DNA of 55,970 nucleotides, filler included, from Sphacelaria rigidula (GCA_964200075.2; 6 parts of 6 records of this genome joined end to end with filler, not necessarily neighbours in it), one strand, 5' to 3'. Counted from the first letter of the whole stretch, positions 1-12,360 are shown. The notes: generated from the sequence alone by a model not told the origin. Translations and numbers: made by a program.

Positions 1-429
1 CCAAAATACCCCCACCCCTATCGTAGGATGGCTCGTCTGCCGCTATCGGATGTTGATGGTGTCCTTGGTCGGTGGTTCTGCTGTGCCCCCTGGTGTGTGC
101 CTGAATCTTCTTTGCTTCCCTGAGTCAGTTGGGCTCCACCGCGTCTGTAGTCTCCTTCTCTGCTCTCCCCTTTCCTCTCTCTCTCTTCTTATGTATGCGT
201 GTTGTTTCCTGCCGGTATATGCAAGGAGTTGGTGCCTCGCTTCCGTAGGAATCATGGATGAAAGGGTTGATACCCAAATGGTGCGGCCGCAGTAGGTGCA
301 ATCTTTTCCCACGGCCTTTTGGTTTCTACGACTGGGTCAAAGTGCGGTTCTGCGCAAGAGTTTTTTCATCGAAGTCATTTGGCCTAGGCCGACCATTCCC
401 ATATTGTTTCGGTTGTTGTCCTATTCTAT

Positions 430-578
430 TTTTTAGTCTACTTTGTTCTGTTGTAATTTGTTTCTATTCTCCTCTTTTTTCTTCAGCGAGGGTTTCATTT
501 TGTTTTGTCTCGGGGACGTCCATTGTGTGGCCACGGCTGGATCCCTGGAGGGTCGGTTGAAGTACGACGATCAATCAA
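430..578 (+). mobile_element. 3' end of a non-LTR retroposon with (AATC)n tail
   Basis: T-rich tract, then ccacggctggatccctggagggtcggttgaagtacgacgatcaatca; homologous to 46845-46945, 51981-52098, 52105-52175 and 52697-52757. Confidence 0.55.
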
Positions 579-760
579 AGGAGCAAACGGGACCTGATTA
601 CCCCTGTCGTTGCCCATCGGCTGTCGATTTTGTTCTTGATCGGTGGTTCTGTGGTATTCCCTGGTGTGAGTTTGTTCCTGCTGTCCCATACTGATCCTTT
701 CGGTTTCATTTTTTCCGTGGTTCCCTTCTCTGTTTTTGTTTTCTTTCCCCATCTCTCTCC

Positions 761-822
761 GTGTGTGTGTGTTATTTCCTCCCGGTGTGTTGACATCCCA
801 TCTATTCTGAACGCCGGTCTAT
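761..822 (-). mobile_element. SINE 3'-end fragment with (CA)n tail
   Basis: catcccatctattctgaacgcc matches the SINE 3' end at 19228; preceded on + by gtgtgtgtgt. Confidence 0.55.
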
Positions 823-2629
823 GTCAAGACTGCACTATTGTACTGTACCGTACTGCTATATACATCATGTGGCATTCCTGGATATGCGGAGGATTTATAA
901 GTGTTACAGGCGTTTACGTAACTGTAACAGTTGTTGATTTTAGCCACGGTAGTTGCCGGCTCTTATAGTTCACCCTGACCTTTGGTCTCCCTGCTGTGCC
1001 TGTGGCAACTACTGCTGTTGATACATAGAGCTGTCTTGGGTCATATCGCATGATCCTCGAGTACAGCGGTCCTGTCAGGTTATGAGCCACGTCGGTGGGA
1101 TGAGCCGTCGCGCAGGAAACACAGTGTCTCCCTTGAAAACGGGATACGCCGCATTTAGCGGCGATGCTGGTGAATACCACAGTTGGTATACTCTCCAACT
1201 TTCACTGATGTTCGAAGAAGGCTTCGGCACCATAATGACAGGAGAAACAAGAGCTTCAGCAGCACCAGAAGCCAATACTTTTGAGGCGCCGATGTGAGCT
1301 TACAATAGAGCGATCAGCGAACACAAGATGGCTTTTGGCTGCGAGCAATGATGCTGAGGGCCACGCAAGCGTGCAGGCACAGATAGTGTTGGCATATGCA
1401 CCTGGTAAAATATTGCCGATCTGAGTCTCAGTGCGTATGAACATGGACTGATTCGGGTACATTACGGGGCAGGTTGACGGTATGTCAAATGTGTGGAGCG
1501 GACAGATACTGTGCTATGACTAGATGTGACGCATAGGAGGCGATGTGTTCTGTGCGCTCCTACACCTTTACTGTACTTGATGTTGTTTTTCTGCATTTCT
1601 GCATGACTCGGTTTGGACGCAGCTCGTGGAGCTTGCACGGTCTTGATATTGGGTGAGTCAAGGGTATGATAGTTTATTATAAAAATAAATACTCTACATT
1701 CCCCTTTGGACAGAGCACCTCCTCTAAGAGGCTTTGATTACGCAAGCAATACGAAAGCTTCGTAGGGCTCCTTTGGGTAAAACGGATTTCAGTCACAAAG
1801 CAGAGGCAAGATTGAGAGAGTCATGTATCGAGCGTTTTAGTGCCGTCGAACACGTTTAAGTACAGTCAAGTACATGAGAAGTTTAAGGAGAACAGCAGCA
1901 GAAGTTATGCGTTGAGCTTCTGAATACAGTCAAGCAATGGCCACCAAAAAAGAAATAAGCTGTTGGAAAATTGACACAACTCCTTGGCAGGCTGCATTTC
2001 TCATGTTTTGGGTTTCGACTATATAACAGAAGCGGTATAACATATAGCGGTTTAACAAAATTATGAACCTTGTAGTGCCGTTTCATGTGGATCTTTGATG
2101 CAGATATAGTTACACGTGTAACTTCATGAGCACGTAGGGCGCTGCAGTAAGAATTGTGCTGCCGTGGTTTGTTATACAGTAGTGTACTGTATCAAGATAA
2201 CTAGGTCACGTAGCTCGCAGTAGATCTAGTCTGCGAGCTGGCAAGACTAACACGTCAGCAGTGTTGAATAGAGAATACGATTTGATCTTACGTACGTGTA
2301 GGAACTTTTGCTTTTTGTTCCAGGTTTGAGGATGCTTAGACTCGGTCACCTTCACCGCCCATGCAACCACTCTCCTTTGTTTCCTCAGCCCTATGCGTTA
2401 AAAAAAAATCGTTTAATTTTGCCTCGGCCAAGTGAAGAGCCTCCAAAAACATCTTTTTTTCCCATCTTCTGCTGCAGAAGCAAGTGGTATGAACACCACG
2501 GTGCGACCTCTGCCGTACACTACTGTCTGCGCGACGGCAGGCGGTCTGTCTCGAGGACAGTAGTACCACACAACACAAGCCATAATTTCCAAAATAAGCA
2601 CCGAAGAGAACTTTTATTATCAACACTAA

Positions 2630-3597
2630 GGACAATGGCCTAGAAAAGGTACACCTTCTGGGTTCTGCCCCAAAAAGGTACGAGAAATGTCCCGAAACGC
2701 GAAAACAGCCAAACACGCCATTTTGATGTTTTTCGCTCCGGATCTTTCACGCACATCATTTGGGGGGCCATTGGCACCTGGGACTCGAAACCAAACGGAT
2801 AAAAAACATGTTACTCGATAGATATACATCGCAGGGCAAGCGATTTGACGGCTGACGTTCGTCCCACAAGTTTTCTCCCTGAACGCTGTAAGTGCTCTGA
2901 TCCTGTTCGTATATGCGTCACCGCCACCACTGTATCCGTTCCTTGAACCAAGCATCAATGACGCGACAACCGCCCGTTGGTGACGGGAGTGAAGAGCCTA
3001 GCTTGACCGTGACACCAGCCCCGAGATCGGAACAGTACGGTGTTGCACAACCTCCCGCATCACAAAAACCCGACGCGTTGTGAGTTGTGAGTCCAGTTAT
3101 TGTGTCGATGCGGAGAGACTCGGGTACGATTTCCGGGGGGAAAGGGGCGTGGTCGTTGTGGCGACCGTGAACGGCAAATGAGCGGAAAAAGAGCCGAATG
3201 TGTAGGCGCCATGGCTGGAGTTGGCGCGTAGACTGCCCGGTACGATGTAGAGAGCGATGGCCGAGCAGAGGTACGTTCTCGGCTGATTGGTGGCCCGGAT
3301 AAGGTACGATTGAAAACGAATTCCTAGATCAGATAAACCTTGGCGACATGTGGCCTACAAAAGGTAGGCGATTTCTGGAGGCGACATGTTCGTTTTCGCG
3401 TGGCCATATCTATCGAGTAACATCTTTTTTATCCGTTCGTTTTCGAGTTCCGGGTGCCAATGCCCCCCCAAATGATGTGCGTGAAAAATCCGGAGCGAAA
3501 AAGGTCAAAATGGCGTGTTTGGCTGTTTTCGCGTTTCTGGCTTCGTACCTTTCTTAGGCAGAAAACTAGAAGGTATACCTTTTCTGGGCCATCGCCC
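2630..3597. mobile_element. PIF/Harbinger (Tourist-like) non-autonomous element
   Basis: ~200-bp imperfect TIRs (ggacaatggcctagaaaaggtacacc... / ...ggtataccttttctgggccatcgccc); TAA on both flanks (2627-2629, 3598-3600). Confidence 0.88.
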
Positions 3598-3618
3598 TAA
3601 ATTAATATATATATATTA

Positions 3619-4101
3619 GCAGAGATGTTGCGGCTCATCAAAGTAAAGCAAGCAGAACTAATAGAGGCCGCGGAGCAAGAAGTAAAACATGAAGCGATTG
3701 CAGAGCTTGAGAGAAAGAAGAATGCGTTTTGATAATTCGGGCCCGCAGGGCAACCCTGGGCAAACTAGCACAGCAAAGAACAGAGATCGTCTCAGCAACC
3801 CACGAGTTGCTTCCCGAAACTAGAAAAAACGATTACATGGTAGGGCAACCAGTCCGCACCAACATTGTACGCGTACGTAGTAACAACAGTATTCACCCTT
3901 GAGACACATCCTTGGAGGCAGGGAAGAGATTTGAATAAAGATTTCGGGTGTTCATGTGCAGATATGCGGATATTTTCGCCATGAGATGTATGATGATTCC
4001 TTTTGTCGCAGGTTCCTATTCGTGTGTTTCATCAGTCGGAGGCAGAGCTGAAGAGACAGCATGGGTATGAGGCAGTTGATATGGCTCAACGAGCTTGGGG
4101 G
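3619..4101 (+). pseudogene. Decayed exons of a coiled-coil host protein, cut by the LTR insertion
   Basis: AEMLRLIKVKQAELIEAAEQEVKHEAIAELERKK [frameshift] ECVLIIRARRATLGKLAQQR...DYM|gtaggg (donor 3840); acceptor ttttgtcgcag|VPIRVFHQSEAELKRQHGYEAVDMAQRAWG (4012-4101), phase-compatible. Confidence 0.35.
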
Positions 4102-4595
4102 TGTCATGAAGACGCGTATTAGCCTGTTGTCATGCCGCTTCAGACCCGTTGTCGAGTCTGACTATTTGCTTTCTGGTATCCCGGTATCCTAGACTGCAGG
4201 TCTATTCAGAGGTGGTCAGGCTTGAGTGTGAGCTCGTATATTGCAGAGATGATGTCGGCTTTGTTCGTTCCAGCACGAACAAAGCTCCCACCATCTGTCA
4301 CTACTATCCTCTACCCCTCTTCCAGCAAACGGAGTCTAAGCATCGGTGAGACTGATTGACTGAGCGTTAGATTGGATTGGTTGATTGGATGCTGGAAAGT
4401 AGAGACAAAACAACAAAGAAGAAGAAGAGATCTGCGCGTGAGATCTCATCCTGAAACACTGCGTGAGAAGCTGTGCCGAGCTGTGCCGAGCTGTGCCAAG
4501 CTGTGCCGGACTGTCTATTGTCCACTTGCCTTGTGAGCCTGTGCTTGGACTGTAAGTTGTACCTTGCTATAACAGCACTGCAACCTCATTATATT
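4102..4595 (+). mobile_element. Putative 5' LTR of a Ty3/Gypsy element (left boundary uncertain, 4102-4128)
   Basis: TG-start candidates (tgtcatg at 4102 and 4128), internal (gctgtgccga)x4, immediately followed by a PBS-like TGG motif and upstream of a gag-like ORF. Confidence 0.5.
4470..4509 (+). repeat. 10-bp tandem repeat (GCTGTGCCGA)x4
   Basis: gctgtgccga gctgtgccga gctgtgccaa gctgtgccgg. Confidence 0.9.
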
Positions 4596-4613
4596 TGGCG
4601 TTCGACGAGGGAG
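4596..4613 (+). promoter_or_regulatory. Primer-binding site (tRNA 3' complement)
   Basis: tggcgttcgacgagggag: 18 nt whose complement parses as CCA + G discriminator + 7-nt acceptor strand + CCCTC T-stem + CT. Confidence 0.6.
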
Positions 4614-6292
4614 CTTCTAATTTTTCAATTGCGTTTCCCTTCTCGACATCGATTTGCATCCCTGCTCGTCGAGCTGCACGCGCGCAGCTTTTGTGATCGA
4701 ATTTGTTCCCCTCGTGGTTTTGTTCGAGTCAGGTACAGTAAGTAATCAAATCTATCTCTTCAGCTCCTTACGGCGTTCTTGATAGTCGGTTCTTAGGCTA
4801 CTGTACAGCTTCTGCCCTGTGTGTCCCCTCGTACATAGTACGCGTGACTTCCAGCTCTTGCTGCTTGCTCCTTGCTGCAGCGCTTGAGTGCACACCTTGT
4901 GCCACGTGGGGTCAACGCGCATCGCACGCCAGTCTCGCCTTGTCGTGTTTTTGTGTCTTTTTGTTACATATACACCTGTACGTTGCACTGTGGTACGTCC
5001 CGACTGCACAACGTAAGATCTCGTGGTGATTCAGCACAGCACGGTCACACGCCCAGCCATCCCTGGCTCGCGTATTTGGTCTTGTTGCCCCTTCCTTCTG
5101 GCATGAGAAGTCTTCTACTACAGGTTTGTTACAGAACACCAATGCACAAGGTGCACTGTTGCTCATAGCCAGCCGCTGTTCCCGACTGAGCTCCTTGCCA
5201 AGTCAGCAATCTGCCGCTGTCATATTTCAGTATCGATTGTACACGGCTGTTGTAGCTTTTGTTCACGAAGTCGCTGAGCAACACAGCCCGTACTCCGACA
5301 GAGGTGACCACGGACATCTGTACACGAGATTTGTACCCGTTTCGGCACTTTCGTTTCGTCGCGATCTACGTCACTCGTAGCTACTTTGTTGTTGTTGTTC
5401 TCTTCTGGTGTACTTCGCACAGCTGTAGAGCAGCGCTGTACATCGCCGTGGTAAGTAACAGTACGCAGCACAGCGGACTGTGAGTTTTTTCTCATCGACC
5501 CCCTCTCGAACAAGTAATGATTAATTGTTCCGAGACCGTTTCGTCACGATAATACTCGTTGGTAACATTCCAGACCTACGTTACGTGCTCACTTGGAGCA
5601 GACGGCACTCGAAACCAGTGCCCCTTGCCTGTGCACTACCTTCTTTCGGCACCCGCCCTCAGCGTTGCCCCTGCCGTGCACAACTTCAACTTTGCTTCAT
5701 ACATGTACGTTGTTCCGACTCCGTTGTGTAACAAGCTTCGCCCTGCACTACGCGGTCGGATCTTGCGGTCTACGTCCCAAGCTTTGCAGAAGCTTTTCTG
5801 CTGCCTCACGCCGCACGATCTTTCGGTGCTCATCTAAAACGTTTCATTGAACACCGCCAGTCGTTTCTCAGCTTGTACCGGCATACTACATTTATAGTCT
5901 GCCCGTAACGCCACAACCGGAATATATGTGAGTCGTACTACTTTCATGTACCAGCGCTGCTACAGACCATTGGACTTTCGCCTTTCTTCGACGCCATACG
6001 TCTGTTCTGTGCGCAATCCCGAGCTTCTGTTGATAGCTATCACCGCCACAACTTAGGTGGTTGTAATAACCAAACCCCCGACATTGTTGTTACATACAGC
6101 AATTCGGTTCAATAATAATACTCGAGTTCATCAGGTTTCCAAGGTCCCTTCAGGCGCTATTAGACTTTATTATCCCGTATTTCCGGATACAAGCTTTGGC
6201 CGTTGTACTTAGCATTTATTTCTTGGTGTCACGCTCCTTTGATTAGAGCCCGACGACAAGGCACACTGTCCTTGCCTTTTTAAGCACACAAG

Positions 6293-9246
6293 ATGCGTAG
6301 GACTATCATGTCGCACAGAAATAACGCTGGCTCTTCCCCTCAACTAGGAAACCAATCGCTTCGTCGGACACGGAGTCAAACCACTGCCGGTCCGGCATAT
6401 TTCAATATGAGTGTCACGTCACCTTCAACTCTTCAACGCACGTATGCCAACGCTGTTCGATCGTCGGGGTCTGAAGATGAACCTTCGAGCGATGCTCGTT
6501 CTTCAAGGCTTGAAGACAAGACTATGACGCCGCGACCTGTTCTCTCACGTTCCGCCTCGGACTCAGAGAACAGGCCCGTGCCACCGGCTGGGTCATTGGC
6601 TCCTGATGGGCATGTCAGTGAACCCATAACGGTGGATTCCGGAGCACCCCCCTCGCTGCGGCCTGTTTTTCCGAATCCCAGTGTGGAATTCGAAGTCAGG
6701 ATTATGCCCCCAGCTGAGTCGTTGCCCCTGGACACACGTGTTCAGCTTGGCCCTGTAACGGTTGCTTCAACCGTGGCACCCCGTCGCATGACGGTTGACA
6801 ACCCTCGAGACGATTCAGACCCAACGAAGCGTATCGCTTCTGGAGCAAGAGACTCCGTCACACGGGTTGCTTCGGTTACGGACCCCCATCGCACGACTCT
6901 CGACAATTCCGTGCGCCCTACTGCGCAGTCCAATGTCGGACCCGCAGTCGCGGCCATGCATACTCCCTTGCAGGGTATGCATCGCGCTTCATCGGCGGCG
7001 GCGCACTCGCCAGCTTCAGCTCTCATTGAGGCATTTGCGGCTTTTTGCCAGGCCACGCTCCAAGACCAATCGGCGTCTGCTCACGTGCAATTCAACGATG
7101 ATTCTGCACCTGCCACGCGCAAACCCGTACGTTTGGCGCCCCGATCGTTGACATCGCGTCCTTCGTTCGTCACTCATGCATAATTCAACGAACATGAGTC
7201 CAGCTCCTCCTTGACGTCAAACCAGAGTCTTGCTCGCGCTTCTGACCGGCGCCGCACACCGACAGTGGTCACGACCACGTCACCCGTGCTGGCAGTTCAA
7301 AGGACAACTCCCAGCAAAGCTTGGATTCATCGCGCATTTTTACACGCCCGAAGAATGTCGCTCATGGTCGGACATATGGCGGTAGTTCACGCCACAATTT
7401 CCATCCATCGCGCGCTCTGAAGCGCCCGGTGAATGCCAACCGTGACCGTATTCACGAGGATGATTCGCGGCACAGATCAAGTTCATCGCGCGTTCACTCG
7501 CGCTCGAAGAACACCGATCATGCAGCCGGGCGCATCCCTCGTGCTCCACCTCTGTCACGCCGCGGTCATTTACATGCTGACGATATCCAAAATATATTGT
7601 CGGACATGTCACCGGCTCTGGAATCCTCAATTGAGGGATCCGGCTGTGCTTCATCGCAAAACCGACGAATCCGCAATGACCGTGATCCACCGTCCCGCTC
7701 CGACGCTACGCTTATTCGCTCTCTTCAACAACGATTGACAGACCCCGAGCGACAACTATCTACAATGGCGACCTCAAGATCCACTGCCGCCGCCGCCAAG
7801 ACCACGACGGAGACCACCGGCGTTCCTGCAGCTACTGCTGCCGCTACAACCGCCGCTGCCGCGCTACTACCTTGACCGCTGCGCCCTCTGCCGCCCCCAC
7901 GACGGCTCCTACACCCGCCGCCGTCCCGTCTGCGGTTGATACTGACGCCGATAGTGACCCAATCACTGGCCCGGTCGCAGATGCCCCCGTGCGCTCGCCC
8001 CCATCTGTGGAGGATCTCCCTTCGCTCGGCGACGATCATTGCCCTACCGAGCTGCTGTTGAGGTTATTCAGGAACGGCCCCCGTGCGGAACAACAAGAAC
8101 TGATTAACGATTACGCCTCAAATGCACCGGCGCTGGCCCACGACGTCCTTGAGCAGCAGAGGAAGGCCGACGCCGCTGCGGCACGCGTCATTGCCGAAGA
8201 ACACGCTGCAAAGCATCTACACCTTCAGCGCCAGACTATTCGGGAGTAGACTACCAACTCCGCGGCGCAACGCGCGTTACAGGAAGGCCGCACTGCTACG
8301 TTGGCGGCCCAGCAGCACGGTGAGGAACTCGAGGAGCGTGTCCGCCGAACTGCCGAAGACGCAGCCACGTCGGTGGCTCGTCTCTCCAACCATCCGGCCT
8401 CTCCGCCGTCCATCGGCAACACGCCCGGTGGTCGAGCCCACCGCCAGCCAACGACCAACACGTCCACTTACGTCATTCAACGTAAGACGGACAACACGTC
8501 GTATGCCGCGGCCGCTGCCGTCCCCACGACGGCCCCGACACGCCCGCCTCGTGCACCTAGTTCGGCGACCGATGCCCGCCTGACGTCAGGTCTGCAATTG
8601 GCGCCTCACAAACGAGTGTGGCTTTCTCGTTCCGCGGCCGATCAAACAGGTCCTTTCCGCAGAAGAAACCAGCTCCACCGCTCTCGCGAGGTGTGGATCT
8701 TAATTTCGCAACGCATGCGCTATGTTATTAGTGTGTAGGTGGAGCAGGGCCGCTTGTTCCCCGATGAGGGCGTATCGGCACTCACCTTCGGCCAACTGGT
8801 TCTTCAAACAACTATCGGCGATCAGCCGCATCACCAGAGTTAAGTCAACGCTGTCAACGATCTTTTTGCGGCGCTACGCGCCGCTTACAACCCTGATCCC
8901 GGCGCCACCATCGTCGACGAAGACGAAGATGAAGATGAAGATGGGTGGACTTCCGCAACCACCAACTGCCGGGGACACAAGAAGAAACACCGCCGGGATG
9001 ACAACGACAACGATGGCGGAGGTTCACGCCGCCGCCATGGTGGTGGAGGATCCTCCGGGCGGCTCCGGACCGAACCGCCCGGCTCGCAACCCCCGCGGCC
9101 CGCCTTGCAAGAAAACCGGAGGTAATTCTTCCGGATCTTCCGCGACCGGCTGGAACCGGTCAGGTACAGACCTTCCCCCCACGGCGCTTCGCGCTTGGTG
9201 GTTTGAGTGCAAGCCTGGTCCGGCGAAAACCCGGCGTGTTCCGTCC
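6293..9246 (+). pseudogene. Frameshifted gag N-terminal extension of a Ty3/Gypsy element (truncated by contig end)
   Basis: Chain of P/A/S/T-rich ORFs sharing blocks with the contig-2 element: LHADDIQNILSDM, SRSDATLIRSLQQRLTD, DTDADSD, HCPTELLLRLFRN...QELINDYA, DLFAALRAA. Confidence 0.75.
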
Positions 9247-9346
9247 NNNNNNNNNNNNNNNNNNNNNNNNNNNNNNNNNNNNNNNNNNNNTTAATTAATT
9301 AANNNNNNNNNNNNNNNNNNNNNNNNNNNNNNNNNNNNNNNNNNNN
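9247..9346. other. Assembly linker (N44-TTAATTAATTAA-N44)
   Basis: 100-bp N run with a central six-frame stop linker, repeated identically five times. Confidence 0.98.
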
Positions 9347-10419
9347 TGTTCACGCACGAGAGTGAAAGCTTTGCGCTGGCGTGCACGCGCCAGGTCATGG
9401 TAGGATATCTGATCCTGATCCAAGCCTTGGTGGACATCAAAGGTGTGTCTCTCAAACACTGTGATGAGCAGGCGAGGGTAGCGGCCGAGATGTAGCTCGT
9501 TCGGAGAAAGACCGGTAGCAGCGTGAACGGAGTTGTTATAAGACAACATGACATGTGAGAGATGGAGATCACAATCGTTTTGTTGATCGTTGACTACCAT
9601 AGACAGCATCTGGGCCATGGTGTGGTTAACTCTCTCAGTACCACCGTTACCATTAGGGTGGTAAGCGCTTGTGGCTATCTTTCGAATGCCGAGGAGCGTA
9701 TACAGTTCGTCCGAGAGATCGGAGCAAAGTTGCTGACCATTGTCGGAGAGAAGCCGTTTCGGGCAACCATAGTGCTTGATATAGCCATGAACTAAGATAT
9801 TAGCTGTGCCCGCCGCTGTGAAGTCTCCAGCGGTGACTGCGTACATGACTGCGTGACGTCTGCAGCGATCGGTAAAGAGGAAGATGTAGGTGTTGCCACG
9901 GTCAGTGGGCGGTAAAGGACCAAAATAGTCGAAAGACACGAGATGACCAGGAGCGTTGGGAAGTGCCATCGAAATAGCTGGCCAACGTATAGTCTGTCGT
10001 GAGGTTTTGCGAGCTTGACACCTCAAGCAGCGCCGAATCCAGAAGCGGGTGGACACTTCCATACCTATCCACCAGTAGAAACGTTCAAGTAACGCTAACG
10101 TGCGCGTGACACCAAGGTGGCACGACAGGTCAGTATGGAAGCCTTTCATTACCCACGGTCGCATCAAAAATGGGACATGTATCCGAGTGGGTTCATCGTC
10201 GAGTAGGCGTCCATGGCGTCCAGTGGGCGCGGGTGAAGTTACATTCCGCTGGCGCGTAGGGCGGCGGACAAGCAGTTCGATTCCGTCATCAGTTGTGAAA
10301 ATAGTACCTTTACGTGCGAGTTTGTACTCGTCAGCGGCGTTTGGTGGTGGCAGTGTGACAATCGGGGCCAACAAATTGGCCGGGATAGGAGCAGGGCAGC
10401 CAGCACGGAGGTACCGCAT
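9347..10419 (-). pseudogene. Gypsy integrase (HHCC zinc finger + DDE core)
   Basis: HTDLSCHLGVTRT...FYWWIGM...IRRCLRCQARK; VSFDYFGP; LLSDNGQQ; AYHPNGNGGTERVNHT. Confidence 0.93.
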
Positions 10420-11109
10420 GGTTGCGCGGCATCATGGTTCTGCTTGTTGTTCCCGCGCCCAATCACGATGGGAGTAATTGGCGAGAAATTCGCGCAGTTG
10501 GCCTTCCGCCGGAGAGCCCACCAGACATGGTGGCTCAGGAAGCGGTGGAACAGGCGACGGGGGGGAAGTGCCAACGTCGATGTGAACATCGGAAGCATCA
10601 GAAGGGGTGGGCACTGACGGGACCGCGGCGGGCGGCGATGTCGCAGTAGTGCGCCCCGGAGATTGCGGTCGGCGCTTGTTGTTAGAACTGCGCGTGGCGG
10701 GGGTTGTCAAGGCTCGTGGTGCGGTGTTGCGGGGAGCCGGCGCTACGCTGCTCGCAGGAGCAGTAGGTGTTGTCGGTGGCGGCGGGGCGCGGGGAGGGTT
10801 AGCGCGAGCGGCAGACCGAGAGCGCGTGTTGTCGGAAATGAGATGGATAACTGGAGCGGGCGAAACTGCAATTTTGGCGCGAGGACCAATAGTACGGAAA
10901 TCGGCGAAATCGACGTCGGTGGGTTGTAGCCCACTCAAGACTGCATTATACGGTAGGGGTCGGGGGCCGCCCATGTGCATACCCGTCTCTGGGCAATGAA
11001 GGTCAAGGGCGTAAATGGGCGTCGAGAAACGCCGGATAGGATACACATCGGGTTCATCGGGTTCAGTTAGTCGGCAACCGGGGCCGAAATCCACAGCCGT
11101 TGGAGGGAG

Positions 11110-11530
11110 GGGCAAGCGGGAGAGAAGGTCAGCATTCCCGTTGGTTTTGCCAGGGCGGTTTTTGACAGTATACTGATAAGCAGTCAGGAACTCCAACCAG
11201 CGTTGCACACGCGGTTTATGTTCGCCAACTTTGGCGAGTTGTTCAAGTGCTCCATGATCCGTGTAAATTTTGAAAGGCACAAGGAACAAATATTGTCGAA
11301 GGCGCTTTATGGCCCAAGTGATGTCTCCACCTTCCAGCTCCAGTGGACTCCAGTTGATCTCGTTTGGAAGGGTGGCGCGACTGATACAGAGGATGGGTCG
11401 AATAGAGCCACCAAGTCGAGGCTGATTCAGGGCCGCGCCGAGCACGTCGGTGCTCGCGTCTGTATGTAGTTGAAAGAGGCGAGAGCCGTCTTGTACGGCA
11501 TCCCAGTCCGGGAAACAAAGGACCGGTCTC
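11110..11530 (-). pseudogene. Gypsy RNase H
   Basis: FQLHTDAS...LGAALNQ...ISRATLPNEINWSPLELE...FKIYTDHGAL...RVQRWLEFL...RPGKTNGNADLLSRLP. Confidence 0.92.
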
Positions 11531-11599
11531 AGTGAGCGTTTTCAGCAAGTCGCGCACGATAGCTTCCATATCTTTGGTGAAGACAAACGCGGCGCCTTT

Positions 11600-12360
11600 T
11601 TAAAGCAAGTCCGTAATGGGGAGAATCCGTTTGGACAGGTTAGGCAAACATTTGCGATAGTAGGACAGTCCACCCAACAATGGGCGGAGCTGAGTAATGT
11701 TCGTGGGCATCGGTAATTCAGTCATTGCTCTGACTCTGTTGGTTTCGGGGGGTAGACCCTCCGGTAATATTGAGTTTCCCAGAAAATCCAGTTCAGTCGC
11801 GCCAAGGCGAGCTCTGGATGGAGACAGTTTCAAATTGTGCTTCCGGAGGCGAGAAAGAAACTCTCGCAAGGTGCGCACATGCGCAAGAGCGGAGGCATCA
11901 AATGCGATAGCGTCGTCCAAGTGCATGATGACGTGTTCGAGATTCTCTGTAACGCGTTGCATTGAGCGTTGCAAACAACCTGGTGCAGTGGCGGCACCTT
12001 GTGGCATACGGAGCCATTCGTAGAGCCCAGAAGATGTATAGAACGCTGTCAGTGGGACTGTATCAGGGTGAATGGCATTCTAGAAAAACTCCAGAAGCGA
12101 GGTCGAAGGTATTGAATATCTTTCCTTCGCCTAGAGAGTCGAAGACTTCATCTATGCGGGGAATGGGAAGTTTTCCCACTACAGTAACGCTATTTAACCG
12201 TTGATAATTCACGGCGATGCGTATATTTCCATCCTTTTGGAGGACTACCACTAGCGGTGAAGCCCACGGAGAAGAGGAGAGTTGGATTGATCCGGCACCT
12301 AAGTACGCATCTAAAATGGCGTCAACTTTTTTGGTAAGGATGGGGTTCGTCTGATACGGT
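11600..12360 (-). pseudogene. Gypsy reverse transcriptase (frameshifted, YLDD>HLDD)
   Basis: SSSPWASPLVV..KDGNIRIAVNYQRLN...PIPRIDEVFDSL...FDLASG; MPQGAATAP...HLDDAIAF...LRKHNLKLSPSR...LDFLG. Confidence 0.93.

Noticed and set aside
2626..3557. Near-identical ORFs 2626-2958(-) and 3348-3557(+) as duplicated genes
   Set aside because: They are translations of the two TIRs of one MITE.
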